Virus record (IMG/VR): IMGVR_UViG_3300029867_000009
Location: 1-36,754 of that record
Length of the DNA: 36,754 nt
From: a virus
Reading direction: 5' to 3' (one strand)
Of the stretch, positions 8,504 to 14,893 are shown piece by piece (the stretch's first letter is position 1; every line of letters starts with the position of its first letter). Made by a program: the position numbers and the translations under genes. Below the pieces are notes generated by a model that was not told where the DNA came from, did no database searches, and worked only from the letters and a program-made list of their open reading frames with translations.

Positions 8504-9955
8504 TTACCACCCTGAAAAATTAATCTTTATTGGTGCAGATTGTGCGGGCGGATTGTACATAGTCATCATTACCGCGTCTGCCTCGTTAGGGGATGCAATC
8601 TTGAGCTTCTTCATATCTTCCTTGCTCATGATCTGTTCTAACCCTTGTGCGTTCGGCTTACGTGGTATCCTGCAAAGCTGCGTTCTGAGCGAAACGATAT
8701 CACCTATACCGTCAACATTCAAACTTATCATTTCTGCAGGGTCAACGTACTTTCCCTTAATGACACAGTTGTAGGTGTTCTTGAAACGCCTCGCTAGTTC
8801 AATGTAATATTGCGCCCGGTTGTTCTTAAACGTGTCTGCGTAGGTTTTAACTTTGCTGTCTGAATCTCTGTCACCGTCTACAGGCATATAGGGAAGCTCT
8901 GCGTTATCCTGGCCTTTGCCTGATAAGCTACCCTTGAACATATGGTACTTGGTGTGCGTTCCTTTGAAGGCTTCTGATACTTGGAACTTTAACCCTGTTC
9001 CCATGCCGTCACCATCCCACACGAACCAATCAACATTATGATCCCGCGAGAGTTTGGTTGCCCATGAACACACTGCGTCTATCTCGCCTGTTTCTTTGGT
9101 GTGTACCTCTGTGATTATGCTGCCGTGTCGTATTGCAAAGCCCGCAGCGTCTCCGCCGTCATCAAATGGATCATGTGCAGCAATCTTAGCGCCCTGTGGC
9201 TCAAACATCGCTTTAAGGTGAGGGAGTTTGTGCGCGTCCTTGGCTGCGTCAAACCATTCTGGAAGGATAATGGAACCATCAACGCTGTCGTTAAACTTGC
9301 CTTCCCATACCCAATCATACTTAGTGCGGGGCATGGTGTTGAAATCGTGTTGCCGTATCTTTTCCTGTGCGTCGTTCCACCAAGGATTATCCCGCCAGTT
9401 CAACACAAGGATCATGTGAAGGTCATCCTCATAGTATCCGTTAGCGTCTAATTCCCTCTGGAACGGAACAATAAACCTTTGGCTAAATGGATCGCCGCTA
9501 GCTTCAGGGTTTGCCGTAAACCAGCATTCTGCGCCCTCTGTTCGGATAATCGTCGGGATTAGCTTATCAAGGCTCTCAGCGCTGGCGGTCTGCGCTTCCT
9601 CAAACCATGAAATAGGGTAGCCTTTAACTGACTTCACACTGTCAGGGTTACGGCGTGCGCCCTTGTATGTTGTCCTAGCTCCGTTGGGCGCAACTATCTT
9701 GGTTGCTTGCAAGTCCCAACCTTCAAGGCCAATACGCTCTACAATGCTATCCTTCAGCTCGTTATGAACAGAATCGTCTACACTGTCTTGGAACTCACGT
9801 AGGCACATGATTGATACGCCATCAGTGAGCATTTTAAAAACCATGCAGTCAGCAACGCCGATAGATTTACCGGAACCACGCCCGCCTATGATTATCTTTA
9901 GGGGCTTGTGAACACGTAAGAAGCGCTCAAGCTTGTCGTTAACTTGTAGCTTCAT
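8504..9955 (-). CDS. terL: Terminase large subunit
   Basis: Walker A GGRGSGKS, Walker B-like ISWFEEA and nuclease-domain acidic motif AHDPFDDGGD. 483 aa. Confidence 0.93.
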   Translation of the reverse strand: MKLQVNDKLERFLRVHKPLKIIIGGRGSGKSIGVADCMVFKMLTDGVSIMCLREFQDSVDDSVHNELKDSIVERIGLEGWDLQATKIVAPNGARTTYKGARRNPDSVKSVKGYPISWFEEAQTASAESLDKLIPTIIRTEGAECWFTANPEASGDPFSQRFIVPFQRELDANGYYEDDLHMILVLNWRDNPWWNDAQEKIRQHDFNTMPRTKYDWVWEGKFNDSVDGSIILPEWFDAAKDAHKLPHLKAMFEPQGAKIAAHDPFDDGGDAAGFAIRHGSIITEVHTKETGEIDAVCSWATKLSRDHNVDWFVWDGDGMGTGLKFQVSEAFKGTHTKYHMFKGSLSGKGQDNAELPYMPVDGDRDSDSKVKTYADTFKNNRAQYYIELARRFKNTYNCVIKGKYVDPAEMISLNVDGIGDIVSLRTQLCRIPRKPNAQGLEQIMSKEDMKKLKIASPNEADAVMMTMYNPPAQSAPIKINFSGW

Positions 9956-9957
9956 TC
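9943..9957 (-). repeat. 15-bp junction repeat, copy 1 (minus strand GAATGAAGCTACAAG)
   Basis: Identical to 10116..10130. It contains a stop/start ATGA overlap plus the codons for MKLQ. Confidence 0.95.
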
Positions 9958-10128
9958 AACCAACCTTGGTTGGCCTGCTATAGATAACATTCCGCCAACA
10001 CCAACAGTTAATCTAACATTGTAGTCTCTCAGCAATTGCAGCGTTATTTTAGCTAAGTGTGTTTTCCCACCAGAAAGCCATACGTTGTGCTGTAATATAC
10101 CTGCGTGTATTTGCTCTTGTAGCTTCAT
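9952..10128 (-). CDS. Mini-ORF B (58 aa) coupled to TerL
   Basis: Hand translation gives MKLQEQIHAGILQHNVWLSGGKTHLAKITLQLLRDYNVRLTVGVGGMLSIAGQPRLVE. Its TGA overlaps the TerL ATG (ATGA). It has the same first four codons as TerL. Confidence 0.35.
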   Translation of the reverse strand: MKLQEQIHAGILQHNVWLSGGKTHLAKITLQLLRDYNVRLTVGVGGMLSIAGQPRLVE

Positions 10129-10130
10129 TC
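10116..10130 (-). repeat. 15-bp junction repeat, copy 2
   Basis: cttgtagcttcattc on the plus strand, identical to 9943..9957. Confidence 0.95.
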
Positions 10131-10205
10131 GGTGCGGTCTTGTGCCTTGTTTCCACCGTATCCTTCAATAAGCCATTCTTGGTCAATAAGTGTTTCAGTG
10201 CTCAT
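10125..10205 (-). CDS. Mini-ORF A (26 aa) with a strong RBS
   Basis: MSTETLIDQEWLIEGYGGNKAQDRTE. AAGAGGG lies 6 nt upstream of the ATG, and the stop overlaps the mini-ORF B start (ATGA). Confidence 0.3.
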   Translation of the reverse strand: MSTETLIDQEWLIEGYGGNKAQDRTE

Positions 10206-10288
10206 TTTAACCCTCTTTTCCCTTTAAAAGTGTGAAATATTGTCTTACCCCCGTATATTTCGAGACTAACGACGGAGAAATGCAACTT

Positions 10289-10774
10289 CTAATCTTTATT
10301 ATCGGAGCTAACGAACTCGACAACCATCTTTGTGTCTGACTGAATAGCGCCACCGTTGGGGCCTGATAGCTCTTGTGTAACTTTATCGCCAAACCGCTTA
10401 GGGTTAAGCTTGGACATAGCCCATTTTCTAGCATTAACGCGAAGGTTTGCCCGTTGGATAGCGTCACCGTTAACAAGGACTTCACCGGATGCAGTCTTCT
10501 TGTAGTCAAAGCCAGAATCGTCAGCAATATCAATGATTTCGTCAAGGTAACGCTCGGCTTGAGCTTCTCGCGCACACGCATATTTCTCTTGAAACTCAGG
10601 GTACTTATTAAGCCACGCATAAACTGTGCTGGCTCCTGGCATATCATCAGGCTTACAAACGCTCTCTAAGCCTTCACCTTGAGCGATAGCTAGGCATAGC
10701 TTGGTTACGTTCTCTTCGTTGTATCCTGTGGGTCTACCTATGGCGGGTTTATTGTCTACGATAGTCATGATCAA
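10289..10774 (-). CDS. terS: Terminase small subunit (Sf6 gp1-like)
   Basis: GRPTGYNEENVTKLCLAIAQGEGLESVCK...STVYAWLNKYPEFQEKYACAREAQAE...LRVNARKWAMSKLNPKRFGDKV closely parallels the Sf6 gp1 sequence as I recall it. Confidence 0.85.
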   Translation of the reverse strand: MIMTIVDNKPAIGRPTGYNEENVTKLCLAIAQGEGLESVCKPDDMPGASTVYAWLNKYPEFQEKYACAREAQAERYLDEIIDIADDSGFDYKKTASGEVLVNGDAIQRANLRVNARKWAMSKLNPKRFGDKVTQELSGPNGGAIQSDTKMVVEFVSSDNKD

Positions 10775-10968
10775 TGCACCCTTTGCATAATCAGTATATA
10801 CCCCGACTTACCCTTGGATATTGTGGCGTTGTGGGTTTGCGGGCCTTTGTCTTCGTGCGTAGTGATTTTGAACTGTTGTGGCTTGGACATCATTTCGTTA
10901 ATGATTTCTGTAGGGACTTCGGTGTTTCCGTAGAACTCTCCGTCAAGCGTCATTTCGACATCTTCCAT
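10771..10968 (-). CDS. Hypothetical protein, first gene of the late operon
   Basis: 65-aa ORF with an ATGA overlap with the TerS start. Confidence 0.55.
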   Translation of the reverse strand: MEDVEMTLDGEFYGNTEVPTEIINEMMSKPQQFKITTHEDKGPQTHNATISKGKSGYILIMQRVH

Positions 10969-10987
10969 GATATTTCACCTATCTTGC

Positions 10988-11021
10988 ATAAAGCCCGCAG
11001 CATGAAATATTCATTATGCGG
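10988..11021 (-). terminator. Candidate intrinsic terminator ending the early-left operon
   Basis: The minus-strand RNA is CCGCA-UA-AUGAA-UAU-UUCAU-GC-UGCGG followed by GCUUUAU. The stem is imperfect and the U tract is weak. Confidence 0.3.
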
Positions 11022-11063
11022 TAGGGTTAGTATATATTACTTACGCCCACCGCAAAGTCTTTT

Positions 11064-11528
11064 TTATTTGGTTAGGTTTACGCCTTCACATCTTGCAGCG
11101 AAATTGAACAATCCTGGCTCAACTGAGATGCCTTTTTTCTTCAGCTCTACGCACATCATGATAATGTCGTATTCACCCTGGCGTTGGGCCGAGCGTATGA
11201 TTGATTGTTGCAGCTTCTTACAGCGTGTCACTGTTGATCCTAGTGGGATGCTTAAGCTAATGCCGCCAGTGAAGCCCGTTGTGCCTCTACCATAGTAACC
11301 GCTTGTGTACGTCGGGAGTATGCCCACTGTGAGTTTAGGCGCGTCACAAGTTACGGCCTCGCGTGTGAATAATGATTGGGAAGCTCTGCCATCACCGAAT
11401 GAATAAATGTTCTGGTTGTTGGTGTTGGCGGAATTGAAAGACGATTGCAAATTTGATTGCAAGCTGTCCTGTGCTACGGCCCCCGTCGTGAAACAGAGGC
11501 CGAGCACCACTAGAACCAGCCGGTTCAT
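11064..11528 (-). CDS. Secreted protein of unknown family (signal peptide, N/Q/S-rich head, 4 Cys)
   Basis: MNRLVLVVLGLCFTTGAVAQ looks like a signal peptide. TAATG coupling to the upstream gene. Confidence 0.7.
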   Translation of the reverse strand: MNRLVLVVLGLCFTTGAVAQDSLQSNLQSSFNSANTNNQNIYSFGDGRASQSLFTREAVTCDAPKLTVGILPTYTSGYYGRGTTGFTGGISLSIPLGSTVTRCKKLQQSIIRSAQRQGEYDIIMMCVELKKKGISVEPGLFNFAARCEGVNLTK

Positions 11529-12028
11529 TAATCTACTCGCGAATAGCTGATGTTAGTGGTGTAACGCTCACGTGTGTTTGTGTCGCTTCCATAACGGGTG
11601 GTTTCGTCAATGGTTGCGAATGTGGTTTCGAGGGCGTTGCTATTGAAAGCCACATCGAGTGAAAAACCATTAACGTTGGAAGTTCCGCGAACACGGGTGG
11701 TGCTGCGTGAGCGTGTGTATAGATCACGGTTGCCTGTGGTGGCTGTCAGTCCGTTGAAACTGTACGACGCGCTGGAGAACGTGCCGTTTGTGCGTGAACT
11801 GCCACGCTGGCGAATGCGGTAAGTGTCTGTTGTGACCATGTGGCTAAGGCTGAAGCCATTAGGAGCGCCTGAAGCATGATCGTTAGTGCTAATGCTAAGT
11901 CCATCAGTTACCGCCCATGAATTTGTATTTGAGTGAGTTACGCCGTTAACGTAAATGTTTGTGGTGTCCGTTGCGGCGGCACCAAACGATAAGGCTAGAA
12001 CGGCAGAAATCGCGAGTAGTTTTTTCAT
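11528..12028 (-). CDS. Secreted S/T/N/R-rich beta-type protein of unknown family
   Basis: The ATG at 12028 (MKKLLAISAVLALSFGAAATD...) is preceded by AGGAAG 4 nt upstream. The longer track ORF (to 12115) lacks an RBS. The NGFSL motif is duplicated. Confidence 0.7.
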   Translation of the reverse strand: MKKLLAISAVLALSFGAAATDTTNIYVNGVTHSNTNSWAVTDGLSISTNDHASGAPNGFSLSHMVTTDTYRIRQRGSSRTNGTFSSASYSFNGLTATTGNRDLYTRSRSTTRVRGTSNVNGFSLDVAFNSNALETTFATIDETTRYGSDTNTRERYTTNISYSRVD

Positions 12029-12076
12029 TAGTCTTCCTAAATTAAAGTTGTGACCAATGATTGTTATGTTTTTAAC

Positions 12077-12114
12077 TGAGGGGAATACAGCCTTACTGTG
12101 ACTATACCCCCTCA
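12077..12114 (-). other. Hairpin in the 122-nt spacer between the protease gene and the secreted-protein pair
   Basis: tgagggg (12077..12083) pairs with cccctca (12108..12114), with an inner ACAG/CTGT stem. No U tract follows on either strand. Confidence 0.5.
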
Positions 12115-12150
12115 ATGTGTTGCATTAAATCTTCTTGTGTTGCTGAATTA

Positions 12151-12648
12151 TTACATATGAATGATGTAGCTTATTGTTGGCTTTGGGTAAACTAGCTGCC
12201 CAATAATTTGCTCTGGCTTGTAGTGAGAATGTTTCACCTTAACCATTGTGCTGTAAACCTTGCCGTACCTGCCTTCATATGGGGCCTCGATTAAATACGT
12301 GCCGCTTGTTGTTTCAATGAATAAAACAGCGTGTGCAAAATACTCATCGTATCGACGGGCTTTCACATACATAACCCGCAGAGAGTTTCCTTGAGTGCCA
12401 ATTGCGTCTTCTATCTGGCCTTTGTAGGCAAGCGCCCAATCTTCGCAGTCACCCTGCCAATCAGCTAGTCTTAAATCAATGCCGTAATCTACAACGCCGT
12501 GCTTCTTGATGTCAGAAACATAAGTCCCGCGTTCCTGCACGTATTCGAGTGCGTGCTTAATTGCCTTGATGTTCTCTTTATGTGGGATTTGTGCGAGTGC
12601 TGGAACGGTAAACATTAGCATTACAGCGGTTAAAATAATGGTTTTCAC
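12151..12648 (-). CDS. Exported transglutaminase-like cysteine protease (BTLCP / LapG-like, PF06035-type)
   Basis: GTG start with GGAG 9 nt upstream. Signal peptide MKTIILTAVMLMFTVPALA|Q. Ordered motifs YVSD..DY..WQGDCEDWALAYK ... FAHAVLF ... YLIEAP match the GDCED[YF]A / HAVL / LD signature of BTLCP proteins. Confidence 0.6.
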   Translation of the reverse strand: MKTIILTAVMLMFTVPALAQIPHKENIKAIKHALEYVQERGTYVSDIKKHGVVDYGIDLRLADWQGDCEDWALAYKGQIEDAIGTQGNSLRVMYVKARRYDEYFAHAVLFIETTSGTYLIEAPYEGRYGKVYSTMVKVKHSHYKPEQIIGQLVYPKPTISYIIHM

Positions 12649-12650
12649 TT

Positions 12651-12821
12651 TTATTTCTCCAATGCCTTAAGTACGTCTATGCGAACTTGCAAAACCCTCT
12701 CTGCTATCAAGGGTATGTCTTCACCCCATCCAGTTACTGCGTGTGGTGTGCGGCCTATGTACCTGGCGAACTCTGCCTTAGTCTTGAAGCCTGCCGCGTG
12801 TAGCCTGTCTACAAAGTTCAT
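12651..12821 (-). CDS. Small HTH protein (Cro/YdaS-like, 56 aa)
   Basis: Hand translation gives MNFVDRLHAAGFKTKAEFARYIGRTPHAVTGWGEDIPLIAERVLQVRIDVLKALEK. ATGA coupling with the upstream ORF. Confidence 0.55.
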   Translation of the reverse strand: MNFVDRLHAAGFKTKAEFARYIGRTPHAVTGWGEDIPLIAERVLQVRIDVLKALEK

Positions 12822-12934
12822 AGGGATTTCTTAACCGCGTCGATCATTGAAGGAATTGCAACAAATAGCACCACCCCTACCAGTGCAGTTATTCCCGCAA
12901 CGTTGGCGGCAAAGCTTAATATCTGATCAATCAC
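12818..12934 (-). CDS. 38-aa single-TM peptide
   Basis: GTG start preceded by GGGAGAGAGAC. Sequence (M)IDQILSFAANVAGITALVGVVLFVAIPSMIDAVKKSL. The stop overlaps the next ATG. Confidence 0.4.
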   Translation of the reverse strand: MIDQILSFAANVAGITALVGVVLFVAIPSMIDAVKKSL

Positions 12935-13033
12935 GTCTCTCTCCCTGAATTAATGTACGGGCTTTTTGTCATTCTTCGTAAGGCTACCCGCATCCCCTCA
13001 CATCAGCCGGGTACGTCCCGGTCTACTTCTGAA

Positions 13034-13207
13034 TTAATCGCCGTCAGCCACATTTCCCGTAGGTGGCAGCAACTCTATTTTCATGCCCTTTAGCTGCATG
13101 TCATTGCCTCCAATGTGGACGCTCAGGGGATTTGTACATACAATCTCGTATGCAATGCCTCTGGTGGTGCGGCCTTTGTCGCCTAGCTTGAATTTATAAT
13201 TGTTCAT
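13034..13207 (-). CDS. Hypothetical 57-aa protein
   Basis: Verified codon by codon: MNNYKFKLGDKGRTTRGIAYEIVCTNPLSVHIGGNDMQLKGMKIELLPPTGNVADGD. RBS context GAGGGCGAGACATG. Confidence 0.5.
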   Translation of the reverse strand: MNNYKFKLGDKGRTTRGIAYEIVCTNPLSVHIGGNDMQLKGMKIELLPPTGNVADGD

Positions 13208-13377
13208 GTCTCGCCCTCTTTGTCTGCGGGTTGGTTAGTTTGCAGCCACTCAAGGAGGCTTTTGGCCTGGATCTTATCTAACGCGACCATGGCGGAACCA
13301 TCCCAATCATCTACACGTATAGCCAGTTCGTTGCCGCCCCAGTACACATGCAAGTCGTCTAACTTAAATTCACTCAT
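13204..13377 (-). CDS. Hypothetical 57-aa protein
   Basis: MSEFKLDDLHVYWGGNELAIRVDDWDGSAMVALDKIQAKSLLEWLQTNQPADKEGET. RBS context GGGGCGAGACATG. ATGA overlap with the next ORF. Confidence 0.5.
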   Translation of the reverse strand: MSEFKLDDLHVYWGGNELAIRVDDWDGSAMVALDKIQAKSLLEWLQTNQPADKEGET

Positions 13378-13675
13378 GTCTCGCCCCTGTGTTTGATGTG
13401 TTGAGCGGTGTGCGGCCCGGCATTAATGAACAGTCTCTGGCTTCCGGTCAGGATAATGCTATCGCTATTTTGCCTACTTCCTCTGGTATCTGATCATCTG
13501 CACACACCTTACTCAATACATACTCAGAACTTGTAACGAGGCCCCGCGTTACTAAGGCTAGCTGTTTTCCTCATGGTTCCCTTGCGGGCGTCGGCGGGCT
13601 GCAATCCCCTTAAGCATTTTAAAGACTGCCCATGTCTATCGCGCTTCTACTTTCAGCGCCGCTCGTTACCATCCT

Positions 13676-13703
13676 AATATACGTATTATTTACATCATTG
13701 CAA
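13676..13703 (-). promoter_or_regulatory. sigma70-like promoter (TTGCAA-16-TATATT), a paralogue of the leftward switch promoter
   Basis: On the minus strand, TTGCAA is at 13703..13698 and TATATT at 13681..13676. The spacer and the +1 region resemble the promoter at 18427..18454 (TATATTA-GATG follows in both). Confidence 0.5.
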
Positions 13704-13721
13704 GCCCTGAGTGAAAATAAT

Positions 13722-14045
13722 TTACATTACACGGATTATCTCAAACCCAAATTGTGTGTATTTTTCGCTCTCTTCTTTTTTTCGACGCGGGCGAGCAACC
13801 TTCTTACTTGGAAGTTTAACAAAGCCCTTCGGCACCACACGGAAATATAAACCCTTGTCTTTAGCATGTGTAACTAATCCCTTTTCAATCAATGAATGCA
13901 GCGGCCCAGATACCATGCTAGGTTCACAATCCATGTGTTCAGATATTTCAATTATCGACACGTACCGCTCTAACCGTCTAGCAACAGCCTCAATTGCTCG
14001 GTACAGGTGGTCTTCGCTAACGCCCTTCCTCTCGAACATGCTCAT
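13722..14045 (-). CDS. Winged-helix DNA-binding protein (MarR-like fold)
   Basis: 107 aa. VSIIEISEHMDCEPSMVSGPLHSLIEKGLVTHAKDKGLYFRVVPKG is a typical wHTH recognition-helix-plus-wing pattern, followed by a basic tail. Confidence 0.65.
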   Translation of the reverse strand: MSMFERKGVSEDHLYRAIEAVARRLERYVSIIEISEHMDCEPSMVSGPLHSLIEKGLVTHAKDKGLYFRVVPKGFVKLPSKKVARPRRKKEESEKYTQFGFEIIRVM

Positions 14046-14242
14046 TCTCCCACCAATGCGTTAAACATCAGAACGAACGCCGCATAGTCCCTGCCACTGA
14101 TTGTCCCTGTTGCCCATCCCCAACCGCGTTTCTTGGCTATCTCTGCGGGCATATCCCATGCTGAACGCTCGGGGTGTCCTTCTAGGTATTGGTCTACAGC
14201 TTGAGATGCTGCGATGTGTGCTTTTGATACCTTGTCGGTCAT
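14042..14242 (-). CDS. Hypothetical protein
   Basis: 66-aa ORF with ATGA overlaps at both ends. Confidence 0.65.
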   Translation of the reverse strand: MTDKVSKAHIAASQAVDQYLEGHPERSAWDMPAEIAKKRGWGWATGTISGRDYAAFVLMFNALVGE

Positions 14243-14469
14243 GGCTTTTCCTTCATAGCTCGCGGTGTGTAATCAGGGAAAGATATATTGAACTTTCTGC
14301 AATGCTTCTTGAGTGTAGACATTTTCAATTTAATGATCTTAGGGTTGCAGCACCATTCCAGAGTTTTACCCCTATCCGAATAAATCCGCAGCAATCTCGC
14401 TACCGGAGGAACTTTCATTTCTGTGCTTTCGACACCTCCAAACAGTGCCTGATTTGTATCCGCTTTCAT
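14239..14469 (-). CDS. Hypothetical protein (possible HTH)
   Basis: 76 aa. The ATG at 14469 is preceded by GGAAGGAAGGG 8 nt upstream. It overlaps the 3' 98 nt of the upstream ORF. An alternative start is the M at 14418. Confidence 0.5.
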   Translation of the reverse strand: MKADTNQALFGGVESTEMKVPPVARLLRIYSDRGKTLEWCCNPKIIKLKMSTLKKHCRKFNISFPDYTPRAMKEKP

Positions 14470-14575
14470 CTACTTTTCCCTTCCTTCCGAAACTTCCAAA
14501 TTTGCCACAATGGCAATAATGATCTCTAATATCATCCGCTGTTACGATTTTAGCGGGCCTTTTTACCTTAGCCAC
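14372..14575 (-). CDS. Small zinc-ribbon-like protein
   Basis: GTG start with GAGGA 6 nt upstream. A C-x-C ... C-x-x-H pattern is present (HYCHCGKFGSFG...VWRCRKH). Confidence 0.55.
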   Translation of the reverse strand: MAKVKRPAKIVTADDIRDHYCHCGKFGSFGRKGKVDESGYKSGTVWRCRKHRNESSSGSEIAADLFG

Positions 14576-14584
14576 AATCGATCC

Positions 14585-14893
14585 TCACAACTCCCCCCAG
14601 TGTGCGGCCACCTTTTTGATGTAGACTTTCAGCTCAGTATAGCGCAAGGCCTTCACAGAACACGCGTCAACAACCATCTTCATAGTTGGGCGGCGCTTAG
14701 GGCCTGAAAGAAGCAAGGAGCGCACACCGGCGTCTACAGCGTATGCAGGCAGGTGCTTTACTGCTGACATATAATCGTCTGCAATAACCTCGTTGATAGC
14801 CGCGTTCTGTTCCTGCTGTGGGAAATGTCCCAACATTGCCGCAAGTCTTAGCGCTTTTCTGCCGTGTTCGTTTTCGTCATGCAAAGAAGTCAT
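14585..14893 (-). CDS. Hypothetical protein (102 aa from the internal ATG)
   Basis: The track ORF runs to 15223 but overlaps the replication gene by 347 nt. The ATG at 14893 has GGGGGAAAG about 8 nt upstream and only a 17-nt overlap. Confidence 0.5.
   Translation of the reverse strand: MTSLHDENEHGRKALRLAAMLGHFPQQEQNAAINEVIADDYMSAVKHLPAYAVDAGVRSLLLSGPKRRPTMKMVVDACSVKALRYTELKVYIKKVAAHWGEL

Noticed and set aside
10207-10647. 146-aa ORF in an alternative frame inside the TerS gene.
   Set aside because: It lies entirely within the well-supported Sf6-like TerS frame, has no RBS, and its composition is typical of an off-frame product.
11528-12028. The secreted S/T/N-rich protein could be a Lom/Ail/OmpX-type 8-stranded outer-membrane barrel.
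   Set aside because: The size fits, but the C-terminus (..ISYSRVD) lacks the terminal aromatic residue typical of OMP barrels, and I see no family motifs. It is left unassigned.
13632-13850. Plus-strand 72-aa hydrophobic ORF in the leader region.
   Set aside because: It has no SD upstream of its ATG, it is antisense to the wHTH gene over most of its length, and all neighbouring genes are on the minus strand.
14372-14575. The 98-nt ORF overlap could be a programmed ribosomal frameshift site.
   Set aside because: The downstream frame is +1, no slippery heptamer or stimulatory structure is evident, and the downstream ORF has its own strong SD and ATG.
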